A stretch of 53,292 bases of DNA from a virus. The notes under the pieces were generated by a model that saw only the letters and a list, made by a program, of their open reading frames with translations, ran no database searches and had not been told where the DNA came from. A program made the position numbers and the translations under genes. The stretch spans positions 1 to 53,292 of the IMG/VR virus record IMGVR_UViG_3300037297_000142, one strand, 5' to 3'. Below, piece after piece: positions 15,812 to 26,031 of the stretch; position 1 is the first letter of the stretch, and every line of letters begins with the position of its first letter.

Positions 15812-16873
15812 TCAAGTGAAATTCATAATCTCACACATATTGTGATAAAAATTATCTCTGTCAATAAAATTGGGGAAATACTCATTATTTTCTTTTCTTA
15901 TCAAATCATTTTCAAGGGCTTTCCTCATGAGTATAGAATGTTTTTCTTCAGTAAAACTATGACATACTTTCGACGCTATATTCATAAATGCAGTTTTACC
16001 CGCTAAACTTTTAGATTGTTTTTTTTCAATACCCCCCCAGGCGATAACACAAAAATGTCTCAATTCATTTTTTGTTATTTTTACAGGAGTATAAATATTT
16101 TTTATTTCCTTGATTTCATTTTTTTTTGTATTAAAGAATTCAATTTTTATAATTGAAAAAATGGATAACTGTGCAATACTTTCTATTATAATAGATAATA
16201 TTACCTGGAAAATAAATTGTACTTTCTCTGGTGAATTTTCATTATAAAAAATATATAAGGTTTTTGACATTTTTATATCATCTTGATTTTTCGCGGATAC
16301 TTTATTTTTTTTTAATAAATTTTCTAATTTTGTTTCATAATCTTTTAATTCTGTTTTTATTTCTGTCTTCATATCCTCAATGGTTTTTGTTGTATTTTTA
16401 TAATAATATAGATCTGATAAATCTGACAAGGAATTATCTCTTATGGTATTTAGTTTTTTATACTCATTTTTTAAATCATTTATTTTTTCCTTATAAAGCG
16501 AAATTAGAAAAGCCGTATTTTCTTTGTCTATAATTACTGTATCGGATTGCTGGTTTATTTTTTGTTGGTCCCAGTATTGCCCGGCGGTAGTACAGTTAAT
16601 AGAATAGATCGCTAATATTATATATACAGAAAAAAATAAAACCCATAATCTTGATTTTTTTTCCCTGAAATATTGAGAACAGCCAAAAACAAACGACGCA
16701 AAAATAATTAGAGTAACCGCAATAACTATTGATAAAGGAAAATCAAAACCTTCAGATTGAAATCTTGAAAAATAATATTTTCCGTTCAAAAACCATCCCA
16801 GAGGTACAAGCAGTAATATACTGTGATATAATTTTAATTCAGGTATTTTCATTCCGTATTCGTTCCTTTTCAT
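15812..16873 (-). CDS. Multi-pass membrane protein with a central coiled coil
   Basis: 353 aa with 3-4 N-terminal hydrophobic helices, a K/E/N-rich coiled coil, another TM segment (VILSIIIESIAQLSIFSII) and a soluble C-terminal domain. Confidence 0.55.
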   Translation of the reverse strand: MKRNEYGMKIPELKLYHSILLLVPLGWFLNGKYYFSRFQSEGFDFPLSIVIAVTLIIFASFVFGCSQYFREKKSRLWVLFFSVYIILAIYSINCTTAGQYWDQQKINQQSDTVIIDKENTAFLISLYKEKINDLKNEYKKLNTIRDNSLSDLSDLYYYKNTTKTIEDMKTEIKTELKDYETKLENLLKKNKVSAKNQDDIKMSKTLYIFYNENSPEKVQFIFQVILSIIIESIAQLSIFSIIKIEFFNTKKNEIKEIKNIYTPVKITKNELRHFCVIAWGGIEKKQSKSLAGKTAFMNIASKVCHSFTEEKHSILMRKALENDLIRKENNEYFPNFIDRDNFYHNMCEIMNFT

Positions 16874-17183
16874 TTTTAAAATAATCTTTAAAGGATAAAT
16901 TTTTTAAATCTATTGCAATAGGCACTCTTTTTAATTTTCTTTTTTCTCTCATCTTTCTTAAATACCAAATCTTTGCAAGTTCAAGAGTTTCTATTTCTAT
17001 AGCTCCGTTTTTAATGGCAAGTTGTTTTTTTGACAAACAAATATCATAATGATTATTATGTTTCCATTTTCGTTGAATACCTATTTTATCCACCATTTCA
17101 TATAATTCCTGTTCGGTGTCTGCTATCATATGACACATGGTCATGCGTGCATATTTTTTGTTATAATTATCAATATATACCAT
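16839..17183 (-). CDS. DUF4031-like protein
   Basis: 114 aa. MCHMIADTEQELYEMVDKIGIQRKW...HYDICLSKKQLAIKNGA fits the H..AD...EL...IG....HYDI....A...GA pattern as I recall it. Confidence 0.55.
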   Translation of the reverse strand: MVYIDNYNKKYARMTMCHMIADTEQELYEMVDKIGIQRKWKHNNHYDICLSKKQLAIKNGAIEIETLELAKIWYLRKMREKRKLKRVPIAIDLKNLSFKDYFKNEKERIRNENT

Positions 17184-17186
17184 TAT

Positions 17187-17402
17187 TTATTTCCCTTCAA
17201 ATTCTTCTTTTGAAATACTTTTTATAATAGGAATATATTCAAATTCTTTTTGTCTATTATAAGAAATTATCATTAATTCAACAGTACTTTTATGATCAAA
17301 ACCTATACCACGGAAACCTCTATAATCTTTTTTTAATCTTATAATCATTTTATTTTTTTGTGATGATAAATCATTTATATTAAATAATTCGCCTTGTTTC
17401 AT
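17187..17402 (-). CDS. Hypothetical protein (71 aa)
   Basis: Track ORF with an ATGA overlap with the upstream gene. Confidence 0.5.
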   Translation of the reverse strand: MKQGELFNINDLSSQKNKMIIRLKKDYRGFRGIGFDHKSTVELMIISYNRQKEFEYIPIIKSISKEEFEGK

Positions 17403-18337
17403 AATTCATCGTTATTCAGTTTTTCCACTATGCTATCTAACTTTTTTTTATCAATATTTTCTTTTAAAATAGCATAATTCCATAATTCATCATCGATATA
17501 TTTTCCAATATTATTGATTATAAGATTTTCTATTACGTCTGGAGAAAGTGCGTCAAGTTCCCATGAATCATTACCGTACTGATCAATATATGTTTGATAT
17601 CTGCTATCTGTCATTTTTGCCGGTGAAGGCGGGGGATTATATTTTTTAATTTGATTCATGTTTAAAGCAATTCTTTTTACTTTCACCTTTGCCTTAAACA
17701 TTTTTAACCTGTCCTGTATATCCCTTGACATATCAATTCCGCTTGGATCATGATCACCTAAATGTAATATAATACATTTTTTATGATTTCTGTGAATAAA
17801 TCTTTGTGATGCTGTATGCATTTCAGATTGGCTTGTATAACCGCGACAAGAAAAATAAGGAACTTCATATTTATTCGCCGCTTTTCCGACTATTTGTATT
17901 AATGCATCTTTTTCAACCCATACCTCAACATAATTATTTTGATATTTCCATTTATCAATTCTATATTGATATGCTGCCGATTCAATTATATCCCCCGGTT
18001 TTTCCCATGTGGAAAGACGTTTTAAATTTCTTGTCAAATCGTGTAAATAATTCCAGTCAACTAAGCCACATAACCGCGCGTTATTCATAGTTTCACCTAA
18101 AAAATTATAATTAGGTTGACAGTTTTTTGTCCCATTTTTGTCAGGTATCCATTTTCGACCGTTCCAGGAATAACGTTTTGACTCGGGAAATAGATCGTGT
18201 GCTATGAACTGATAATAAAGCTGTCGCAAAGTAACGGCATAACCCTTTTCTGAGTATGAAAGAAATATTTTATTTGCCTTTACAATAATATCTCTTGTTA
18301 TACTATTAAACCTTTGTTGTTTGTATGCTTGTTTCAT
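17399..18337 (-). CDS. Spo11 / topoisomerase VI subunit A-like protein (A-subunit only)
   Basis: 312 aa. TLRQLYYQF (R-x-L-Y-Y catalytic-Tyr-like motif), then Toprim-like EVWVEKDAL, GYTS and HLGDHDPSGIDM (DxDPxG). Confidence 0.6.
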   Translation of the reverse strand: MKQAYKQQRFNSITRDIIVKANKIFLSYSEKGYAVTLRQLYYQFIAHDLFPESKRYSWNGRKWIPDKNGTKNCQPNYNFLGETMNNARLCGLVDWNYLHDLTRNLKRLSTWEKPGDIIESAAYQYRIDKWKYQNNYVEVWVEKDALIQIVGKAANKYEVPYFSCRGYTSQSEMHTASQRFIHRNHKKCIILHLGDHDPSGIDMSRDIQDRLKMFKAKVKVKRIALNMNQIKKYNPPPSPAKMTDSRYQTYIDQYGNDSWELDALSPDVIENLIINNIGKYIDDELWNYAILKENIDKKKLDSIVEKLNNDEL

Positions 18338-18753
18338 AATTCTAATCCTATCTTGATAAATTCATCTACGGATTTACCTTTTATTGCTTTTTCGCAGTCA
18401 TGAGGAAATTTTAAATTTAACCCCGATTCTGCCAATCCGTTTAATGCATATTCCTGAAAATCAATAATACATGAAATCATACGCTTTGACGTTTGTACAA
18501 GTATTATCGAATCTGAAGTAAACGGCCAATCTTTAAAATCAGATTTTTTTAAAACTTTTGTTTTTTTAATAAATGAATTACTTGTCATTTTACGGGCTGC
18601 CTGATTAAGCCGTTTTTTTATATGCCCTGCATCCTTTGTATTTTTCCAGCCCGGATAATTTGAATCCATATATTCGATGAGTACATTTAATGTATCATTA
18701 AATTTCTTTTTCCTTTTATGTAGATGTAGTTTGTGTTTAAATTTGTTTTTCAT
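18334..18753 (-). CDS. Hypothetical protein (139 aa)
   Basis: Track ORF, basic N-terminus, 4-nt overlaps on both sides. Confidence 0.55.
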   Translation of the reverse strand: MKNKFKHKLHLHKRKKKFNDTLNVLIEYMDSNYPGWKNTKDAGHIKKRLNQAARKMTSNSFIKKTKVLKKSDFKDWPFTSDSIILVQTSKRMISCIIDFQEYALNGLAESGLNLKFPHDCEKAIKGKSVDEFIKIGLEL

Positions 18754-18754
18754 T

Positions 18755-19222
18755 TTATATATCCCCTTCTATGGTTTTTATAATTTGATATAATGCAAGC
18801 AATAATTTTGCATCATTAATATTTTCAATTTTCATTTTCAACATATCTTTAAAATCTTTTAATTGATAAGTCTCAAATTTTTTATATTCAAAATGACTAC
18901 AATTTTTCGCAATTTCAAGCGCTATTTCTTCAAATGTTTTCTTAGTGGTTAATAAATCATCAATACCATTTTTATATTTTATACAAACATTAAAATGAGA
19001 ACACTTAAAACAATTTTTAATTTCTTCTTTAATTTTACTCATTTTGTTTCCTTTCTTCAAATGCAAATCTTCCATTTCTAAATACTTTACATGTGGTATT
19101 TTTCCCGCATCGGTTTTTAGAAATAGAACAATAAAATAACCTTCGTTTTCTAAAATTGTTATAACCAACATTTGACCCGAGTCCACTTGTGGCAGTTTTA
19201 TTAAACCGGCAATTACCGCCAC
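18755..19222 (-). CDS. Hypothetical protein; start uncertain (19222, 19171 or 19042)
   Basis: The C-terminal 95 aa (MSKIKEEIKNCFKCSHFNVC...) follow a GAAAGGAAAC RBS. The upstream in-frame part also looks protein-like. Confidence 0.45.
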   Translation of the reverse strand: MAVIAGLIKLPQVDSGQMLVITILENEGYFIVLFLKTDAGKIPHVKYLEMEDLHLKKGNKMSKIKEEIKNCFKCSHFNVCIKYKNGIDDLLTTKKTFEEIALEIAKNCSHFEYKKFETYQLKDFKDMLKMKIENINDAKLLLALYQIIKTIEGDI

Positions 19223-19236
19223 ACACTTTGACGGCT

Positions 19237-19752
19237 TTATATTTCTCTTTTTTCTTCATAAATTCCCCCATGTTCAAGTAATATTTTTTTATATCTTTTT
19301 TGTTCCGGTGTCAATTTCAACTTTCCTGTTTTTATTTCCACTGCTCTGAATATAGCAATTTTTTTATGAAAAGGACAGAGTTCACAAGATTTTTTTTCAT
19401 TTTTTTTATTTTTATAAATCCGGCAAGGATGTTTTTGCATATTTTCATTTAACCATTCGCAGATCTCAATACTTTTCCAGCCGATTATATCCGGGGTACC
19501 TTCAGGCATACCATGAAACACGCGTATATTAATCAATATTATTAGATTTTTAAATCTAATATTTATTTTTTTTAAAAAGCTTATTAAAGAATTAATTATT
19601 TTTTTAACAATTCCTTTTTCATTTTTTCCTATTCTTAAATGTTGAATATTTTTACCTTGATATCCCATGCCGGAATTCGCCCGGAATAACCGACCATCAT
19701 AAGAACCCTCCAATAATACTTCGTCTATAATTTCACGTTCTTTTTCTCCCAT
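19237..19752 (-). CDS. VRR-NUC domain nuclease
   Basis: GTPDIIGWKS ... AVEIKTGKLKLTPEQKRYKKILLEHGGIY matches the PD...E-x-K...Q...G pattern of VRR-NUC. Confidence 0.6.
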   Translation of the reverse strand: MGEKEREIIDEVLLEGSYDGRLFRANSGMGYQGKNIQHLRIGKNEKGIVKKIINSLISFLKKINIRFKNLIILINIRVFHGMPEGTPDIIGWKSIEICEWLNENMQKHPCRIYKNKKNEKKSCELCPFHKKIAIFRAVEIKTGKLKLTPEQKRYKKILLEHGGIYEEKREI

Positions 19753-20273
19753 TATACAAACACCTTTCCTATTAAATCTGGTTTATTTATATGTCCGCAA
19801 TTTTCACATTTTTGATTATTGCGCAAAAAAACCATTTCACTTGATAATCTCAATAAGATTTTTCTTTTAATTATTTTTTCTTGATTAGAAAAAATATAAT
19901 TATTCATTTTACACTTTTTTATTATTGTTAAATATCCGTTAAAAGTAATTAATCCATAAGGTAGTTTATTATTATCTAAATATTCTAAACATTTTTTTTT
20001 CAAATCAGCGGGAATACAAAAATATAATTTATTTGCATATAGATAAGGAAAACCGGGAGTACCTTTTATTTTTTTATGTTTCAATTTTTTAAAATCTGCT
20101 AAAAAATCAGAATATGATATTTTTATTTCTATATCAATTATTTCATTATCATCATTACATAACATAATGTCTGATGTTTGTCCATGCAATCGTACTTCTG
20201 TTGCACATAAATAAAATCCTCTTTTAAATCTAAAATGATGCAAAATTGCATTTTTTAAAATATTAGAATTCAT
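19752..20273 (-). CDS. PD-(D/E)XK nuclease-like protein (MmcB-like)
   Basis: SDIMLCNDDNEIIDIEIKISYSDFLADFKK contains a D...E-x-K core followed by S..DF..D.K. Confidence 0.45.
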   Translation of the reverse strand: MNSNILKNAILHHFRFKRGFYLCATEVRLHGQTSDIMLCNDDNEIIDIEIKISYSDFLADFKKLKHKKIKGTPGFPYLYANKLYFCIPADLKKKCLEYLDNNKLPYGLITFNGYLTIIKKCKMNNYIFSNQEKIIKRKILLRLSSEMVFLRNNQKCENCGHINKPDLIGKVFV

Positions 20274-21625
20274 TTTATAACCTCCTGTCTATTCTTAGTA
20301 CTCCAGATATGATAAGCCCAATGTGGCTTGTAATTCATTTTTAATGCGATGGCTTGTAATTCTTCAAGAGATTCGCTTTTATTTATCTCATCGTTTAACT
20401 CTTTATAGTCGATCATTTTTAAATTACCTTGTTTTTCCACCGGACCTTCTTTTGTTCTGCGAATAGGTTCTTTCCCGCAATATGGACATTTTGTTTTAAA
20501 AGCGGGATAAGAAGCAAAACAGTATTTACAAGTTTTTACTTTTGATATTTTCGGTTCAAATTTTTCCTTTGTCAATTTCCAGGCTATCGGCCAATGTATT
20601 AATCCGTGTCTTTCACAATTCCCGACGGAATCAATATGTATAGAGAATTCCTTTCCTGGATATGGACGCAACCCCCGGCCGTTCTGTTGATGATTAAGAC
20701 AAAGGGATAATGTCGGTCTCAATTGTATTATGCATTCAACACGGGGAATGTCAGTACCTTCACCTATCATATCGCAGCTTGTAACAACATGAATTTTCCC
20801 ATCACGTAGATCAAGTATAGCTTTTTTTATTTTTTCTTTTTCAAGTTTTGAATGTACTGCTATCGCTTTATAACCAGCTTTTATAAATTCGTCGGCGGTT
20901 TTTTTCGCTTCATGTATGTTTATGCAGAAAATCATACAAGGTTTTTTGTCTGCAAGTTTTGAATAATGTTCAATTGCATTTCCGATTATATATTTATCTG
21001 TATTGAATCTTTCGCTTAATTGGTGTTTGTTGTAATCCCCCATTGACTTTTTTATATCGTCAAGATTAATATGATCGGGTACATAATACCGCGGTTTTGA
21101 TAGATAACTTTTTTCGATTAAATATTGATAAGACGGTCCTAAAACCATAGAATCAAAATCATTTCCGAGTCCGTAATTATCCAGCCGTAACGGTGTAGCA
21201 GTACATCCATATAATTTAGATTTACAGAAGTGATTCCTTATCTTCTGCCATGTTTTGGATCCGAAATGATGACATTCATCAGCGATAATTAAATCAAAGT
21301 GTTCCCAATGTTGTAAACGTCTAACAAGTGTCTGTACTGATGCAACCTGGACTCTATATCGTATAGATGGATAACCGGCAGCAATTATCCCGTGTTTTAA
21401 TCCGTTTTCTTTCAACTTTTCGCTTGTTTGTTGTAGTAAATTATTCCTGTGTGTCAATATTAATATGGACTTGCCCTTATTATATGCGTTATTTGTTATG
21501 TGAGAAAATACAACAGTCTTTCCGCTGCCTGTAGGTGACACATGAAGTACAGCACCTGCACCGGCGCGATATTCGGCGCGTATTTTGTATATATCATTTG
21601 CCTGATATTCACGGAGTTTATACAT
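20270..21625 (-). CDS. SF2 DEAH-box DNA helicase with a C-terminal zinc ribbon
   Basis: Walker A SPTGSGKT, DEAH-type box ADECHH, helicase C-terminal motifs, and CKYCFASYPAFKTKCPYCG. Confidence 0.85.
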   Translation of the reverse strand: MYKLREYQANDIYKIRAEYRAGAGAVLHVSPTGSGKTVVFSHITNNAYNKGKSILILTHRNNLLQQTSEKLKENGLKHGIIAAGYPSIRYRVQVASVQTLVRRLQHWEHFDLIIADECHHFGSKTWQKIRNHFCKSKLYGCTATPLRLDNYGLGNDFDSMVLGPSYQYLIEKSYLSKPRYYVPDHINLDDIKKSMGDYNKHQLSERFNTDKYIIGNAIEHYSKLADKKPCMIFCINIHEAKKTADEFIKAGYKAIAVHSKLEKEKIKKAILDLRDGKIHVVTSCDMIGEGTDIPRVECIIQLRPTLSLCLNHQQNGRGLRPYPGKEFSIHIDSVGNCERHGLIHWPIAWKLTKEKFEPKISKVKTCKYCFASYPAFKTKCPYCGKEPIRRTKEGPVEKQGNLKMIDYKELNDEINKSESLEELQAIALKMNYKPHWAYHIWSTKNRQEVIK

Positions 21626-21654
21626 ATACTATTTTTCCTTTAATAATGGCATAA

Positions 21655-23919
21655 TTAAAATCCTGCCTCCATATAAATTTTATCATCCGATAAACGTAAA
21701 ACATTTTCAGCCTTCAAAATAACAGCGCGCCCATGATACCATGATGAAAAATGACAAACCTCTGTTCTCTGTTCTGCAAATGATAATCTTTTTAAAACCT
21801 GTCCATAATTATTATACCACATAGTTTGTATTAATATATTTTTTATCCACTCATAATTATAAGCAATATATATTTTATTTTTATCATATTTTATTCCGTA
21901 TTTCAGTAACTCTTTTGTCGCGATTATATCAGGTGTATTATTTTCCATCCCGGCGGCACGCTGTAAAAGATTAAATAATGTCGTATCTTCTCTTTTTGAA
22001 TCGTAACCTATATATTGAATTTTAGTTGTAAATATTTTCAATAACAATTCTAATTCATCGGTTATATTATCATCGTCTGTATTTATGTCTTTTATATATT
22101 TCTCACAGATTTTATTTATTTCATTTTCAGTATAATTTTTTAGATGATACAAAGTAAAAGCACCGGCAAGTAATGTACCTATTTGATCGCCGATTCTTTG
22201 ATCATTACAGTACACTCCGCATACATCACAAAAGTTTTTTATATTTTCCTGGAAAATCGGAAAGTTATAAAAAACCCGGCTTCTTATTTTTTGACAAGTT
22301 TCGTTATTAAATGTTTGTCTGATTTCATTACGAAAATCTTTCCAGTCAATTTGTCTATTCCTTGTTAAATTAACAAGAGAAATTCTTGATTTATCACTTT
22401 TTTTTTCAAGCAAGTGATTTATTGAGGAAAAACAAAACATACTGTTGAAATTAAATCTTTTCCCTATATGATCGGCAGTACCTTTTAATAAATTTCCTTT
22501 ACTCGAACTTGACGACCTGGAAATATCAAGTTCAAATCTTAATTCATCCTTTGTCTTTTTATTTTTGTCGACCTCATCATGAACGACAGGGAAACTATCA
22601 TTTTTTAGATTCTGAATAACCCCCGCGCCGGTACTACCGCCCTCCGCATAAAGGACGAAATCACCGAGTATTTTTAATATAATCATTTGTATTATAGCCG
22701 TTTTTCCACTCCCGGCCGGTCCCGTAATCCAAATATGAGGCCGCCATTCCAAAGCACCGCCAAACGGGGCCAACACGCACCATCCTAATAAAAATAGTTT
22801 TTCCAATTCTGTTGAAATAGACAATTTCTGTACACATTCTTTTATGTTACTTATTTCAAATTCATTTATTTCAACTTTATCAATATTTAATTTTAATTCG
22901 TTTGTTCTTTCATATATATGTCCGTTAGGTGAATATTTACGCACATCAATTTTAGTTTCACCGATGATTAAATTTCTACCGGTATGAATTACTAATTTTT
23001 CCCCGTCTCTCCATATCCCCCTCCCTCGGATTTTATTTTGATCGAAAGGTGGTTTATTATTTAATTTTCTGTTTATCACGTCTTGTGCATCCATCCAGGA
23101 TATTGAAATCCCTCTTTTTGTTTCATATCCGAATTCATCACGCCAGAATTCCAGGGGTGCCAAATATGTTAAATTCGAATTACTTAACGTTCCTTGTTTC
23201 ACTCTGTATATCTGCCCGGTTTCCCCGTGTAAAAAATACATATAACCATTTCCGGGACCTAAAATTTTAAATGGAAATTTTATGTCTTCAGATGGTTTGT
23301 CTTTTGATAATTCTTTTTTTTCTATTTGTATCCATGCCCGTATAGTTTCTCTATCCAGGTGCATATCTTCTATATCATCAACTATATTCCATCCTGGACG
23401 CTCTACCATAGGCGGAACTATTACTATATCAATTTTTTTTTCTTTTATGTAATTAATTATATTTTTACTCAGTACCCATGATGATGAAAAATAATATACT
23501 GTTTTATTTTTGAAAATAGAAAAATCGAGTTTTTCTATAATAGACACGTCACCATTCCAGGTCGTAAAAGTAAAATCTTCTTTATTTGTTTTATTTAAAA
23601 TATCAATACAAAATTCATTATCTACAATTACAATGGGTTTCTTTGTTTCCTGTATTTCTTTTATATTATAAAAAGAAAATATATCATTTGATATTTCCCA
23701 TTCATTATTTTTATAAATAAAGGTTTTAAAATTTTTTTCTATTATAGTTTTTTTATTTTGAAAAAAATCTTTCCCTTGCACTGGGTTTTTGTAATACGCA
23801 GTACAAAAAATCCAATTTCCTTTTTCATCAAACCATTTCCACGCTTTAATGAAATGACCATATTTTTTAGTATATAATTTACTATCAAAATCAGGTTTTT
23901 TATGATCAAAAGGTATCAA
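21655..23919 (-). CDS. Replicative primase-helicase candidate (D5/P4-type NTPase)
   Basis: 754 aa with Walker A GPAGSGKT and Walker B VVHDEVD in the central region. The large N-terminal domain is of unknown type. The primase part is inferred only. Confidence 0.55.
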   Translation of the reverse strand: MIPFDHKKPDFDSKLYTKKYGHFIKAWKWFDEKGNWIFCTAYYKNPVQGKDFFQNKKTIIEKNFKTFIYKNNEWEISNDIFSFYNIKEIQETKKPIVIVDNEFCIDILNKTNKEDFTFTTWNGDVSIIEKLDFSIFKNKTVYYFSSSWVLSKNIINYIKEKKIDIVIVPPMVERPGWNIVDDIEDMHLDRETIRAWIQIEKKELSKDKPSEDIKFPFKILGPGNGYMYFLHGETGQIYRVKQGTLSNSNLTYLAPLEFWRDEFGYETKRGISISWMDAQDVINRKLNNKPPFDQNKIRGRGIWRDGEKLVIHTGRNLIIGETKIDVRKYSPNGHIYERTNELKLNIDKVEINEFEISNIKECVQKLSISTELEKLFLLGWCVLAPFGGALEWRPHIWITGPAGSGKTAIIQMIILKILGDFVLYAEGGSTGAGVIQNLKNDSFPVVHDEVDKNKKTKDELRFELDISRSSSSSKGNLLKGTADHIGKRFNFNSMFCFSSINHLLEKKSDKSRISLVNLTRNRQIDWKDFRNEIRQTFNNETCQKIRSRVFYNFPIFQENIKNFCDVCGVYCNDQRIGDQIGTLLAGAFTLYHLKNYTENEINKICEKYIKDINTDDDNITDELELLLKIFTTKIQYIGYDSKREDTTLFNLLQRAAGMENNTPDIIATKELLKYGIKYDKNKIYIAYNYEWIKNILIQTMWYNNYGQVLKRLSFAEQRTEVCHFSSWYHGRAVILKAENVLRLSDDKIYMEAGF

Positions 23920-23937
23920 TATTATTCATTCCTTAAT

Positions 23938-24294
23938 TCATTTTATTTCAACATTAACACTATCAGGCAATTTTTTTAATTCTGGATTCTCAATAATAAG
24001 CTTTTTTTTCTTCTGATATAAAGATAAAATTACATTATTTATTTCCTCTATATTTTCCATTTTCGTAATAAGTTCAGCAGGGGTCCAGGAGCGAAAAATA
24101 TTACAAAAACAGAAACCTAATAAAATTGCTGTGATAGCTACAATTAAAAAAACTACTTCATACTCCAATATAGAAAATTCTAAATCGTGATCATTATTTG
24201 TTTTTAATGCTAAAATTAAATTAAAAACTCCAATTTCTAAAAATAGAAATAAAATAAAAATTACAACTTTCATTCCGCGCGGTAAATCTTTCAA
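23938..24294 (-). CDS. Small membrane protein (2 TM)
   Basis: 118 aa. VVIFILFLFLEIGVFNLILAL and VVFLIVAITAILLGFCFCNIF. Confidence 0.5.
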   Translation of the reverse strand: MKDLPRGMKVVIFILFLFLEIGVFNLILALKTNNDHDLEFSILEYEVVFLIVAITAILLGFCFCNIFRSWTPAELITKMENIEEINNVILSLYQKKKKLIIENPELKKLPDSVNVEIK

Positions 24295-24482
24295 TTATAC
24301 GCCTTTCTTTTTTTCGGTTTTAGCGTTTTTAAATATTCCAGGAATCTTTCAGAGACTAAATAAGCAGCGGACCCGAACATTGGGATATTTTTCCTTTTTG
24401 CATGAACACATATAGTACAAATTGAAAGACCGGTAATCTCGGAAGCTTTTTTTACTGAAATAGGAAAATTTTTATCATTCAT
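24291..24482 (-). CDS. Small HTH DNA-binding protein
   Basis: 63 aa. ISVKKASEITGLSICTICVHAKRKNIP. A consensus promoter lies directly upstream. Confidence 0.5.
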   Translation of the reverse strand: MNDKNFPISVKKASEITGLSICTICVHAKRKNIPMFGSAAYLVSERFLEYLKTLKPKKRKAYN

Positions 24483-24491
24483 AATGCACCT

Positions 24492-24520
24492 ATTATAATA
24501 ATTTTTTTATATATAGTCAA
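24492..24520 (-). promoter_or_regulatory. Consensus sigma70-type promoter
   Basis: TTGACT, 17 nt, TATAAT on the minus strand. Confidence 0.7.
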
Positions 24521-25329
24521 GTATCAAACAAACCGTTATTATCACATCGTTCTCTGGATATATTGCAATATTTTTCTGAACAGTCAATACCAATATACCG
24601 CCGGTTGTTATTTTTTGCCACTTTGCAGGTCGTACCACTTCCACACATGGGGTCAAGGATTATGTCACCTTCATTACTCCATGACCGGATATGGTCATAT
24701 GCCAGAAGGTCCGGGAATATAGCGGGCTGCTCATATGCGATTTCGTCTTTTGTTGTATAGATTCCGCCTGTTTTATATTTCCAAATATTAAACCTAACTC
24801 CATATTGCTGCGTTTTCCTTCCTTTTTTATTTCCTGATTTAATTCTAAATGTTCCATCTTTTTCCCTTGCATACTTGCTTATTTTCTCACCTGCGGTTTT
24901 ATTAATTCTATCCTGTAATAAATTGTATGTTTTCGGAATTCCTTTTGAAAAGATAAACATATACTCAAATATTTGATAATACCGTTTTGTTTCTGGATAT
25001 GATATTCCTATTTTCTTATAAATCATAGTATCATGCAGCTTGAATCCACACTCCATAAAATAAAGCGCCTGCCTAAAACTTGTACCCGTTTCGCTTCCTT
25101 TTTTGACCATATCCCCTACAACCCAAACTACAACGCCACCTGGTACGGTTACCCTGTACAATTCAGGAATAAGCTTTTTATAATCAAAAACATACCCTTC
25201 GTAATCTCTCAAATCATCATAAGGTGGTGACGTTACTGTGAGATCAATTATATCGTCCGGGATATACTGCATAACTTCCAGATGATCGCCACAAATTATT
25301 TTGTTTATAAAATCTTCCGGATATTTCAT
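24517..25329 (-). CDS. DNA methyltransferase (N6A/N4C, beta-class order)
   Basis: Motif IV TSPPY near the N-terminus and motif I DPMCGSGTT near the C-terminus. Confidence 0.8.
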   Translation of the reverse strand: MKYPEDFINKIICGDHLEVMQYIPDDIIDLTVTSPPYDDLRDYEGYVFDYKKLIPELYRVTVPGGVVVWVVGDMVKKGSETGTSFRQALYFMECGFKLHDTMIYKKIGISYPETKRYYQIFEYMFIFSKGIPKTYNLLQDRINKTAGEKISKYAREKDGTFRIKSGNKKGRKTQQYGVRFNIWKYKTGGIYTTKDEIAYEQPAIFPDLLAYDHIRSWSNEGDIILDPMCGSGTTCKVAKNNNRRYIGIDCSEKYCNISRERCDNNGLFDT

Positions 25330-25331
25330 TT

Positions 25332-25796
25332 TTAACCTGAATATTTCTTTTTTATAATTTCCAGGATTTCCAGGGCAATTTTTTTTCTCAATTCCGAACT
25401 GTCAGCTTCTTGCCATTCTTTAAATTTCCCCGAAAAACACCTTTCACCTATAACCTTTTTTTCGTTATAAAAAGGACAATTACGGGTATAACAATATATA
25501 GTTTCAATATTAACTTTACCGAATCCGCAATAATTACCAAATGTATTTATTTCCTTAAAATGTTCCCATTTATAAATATATTTTTCCCCTGTTTCTGCAA
25601 GCCATTCCCATTTTTTTACAGTCAATTCAATAGGATTTTCTGCAACCGGGATATATTGATTTAATTGGCTATCTTCAGGATGAAAGCAATTGTTACATTT
25701 TTCTATTATACCATTTTTTATTTTACGAATATTCATACATTTAAATTCTGTGATTTTATTAATTCCTGTAATCATATAACATTCTATTTCTGTCAC
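25332..25796 (-). CDS. Cys-rich paralog family member P3
   Basis: KKWEWLAETG...YCGF...YCYTRNCPF...ERC...WQ aligns with P1, P2 and P4; has an extra N-terminal CxxC region. Confidence 0.55.
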   Translation of the reverse strand: MTEIECYMITGINKITEFKCMNIRKIKNGIIEKCNNCFHPEDSQLNQYIPVAENPIELTVKKWEWLAETGEKYIYKWEHFKEINTFGNYCGFGKVNIETIYCYTRNCPFYNEKKVIGERCFSGKFKEWQEADSSELRKKIALEILEIIKKKYSG

Positions 25797-25809
25797 AATT
25801 TATTCCTTT

Positions 25810-26031
25810 CTAATTTACATAATATTTATATGCTTTCATTTTTTGTAAATAAAAATAATTTTGCGTATTTAAAATAAAAGAAACAAATTTATTAAATTTA
25901 GTTTCCCTTAAATGATATTTATAATTCCAGGTAAATTTATTATTAAATTTATAATCAATATATTTTTTAACTTCAAATAATCTTGAATAATTTATAAAAT
26001 ACGCAGAGTTAATAAAAAATAGATCTATCAT
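25810..26031 (-). CDS. Hypothetical protein (73 aa)
   Basis: Track ORF with an ATGA overlap with the upstream gene. Confidence 0.4.
   Translation of the reverse strand: MIDLFFINSAYFINYSRLFEVKKYIDYKFNNKFTWNYKYHLRETKFNKFVSFILNTQNYFYLQKMKAYKYYVN

Noticed and set aside
19035-19259. Alternative 74-aa frame (MKKKEKYKAVKVCGGNCRFNK...) between the VRR-NUC gene and 18755..19042
   Set aside because: Its R/C/N/F-rich sequence looks like an off-frame translation. The in-frame upstream extension of 18755..19222 (LVITILENEGYFIVLFLKTDAGKIPHVKYLEMEDL) looks more protein-like. The issue is unresolved without comparative data.
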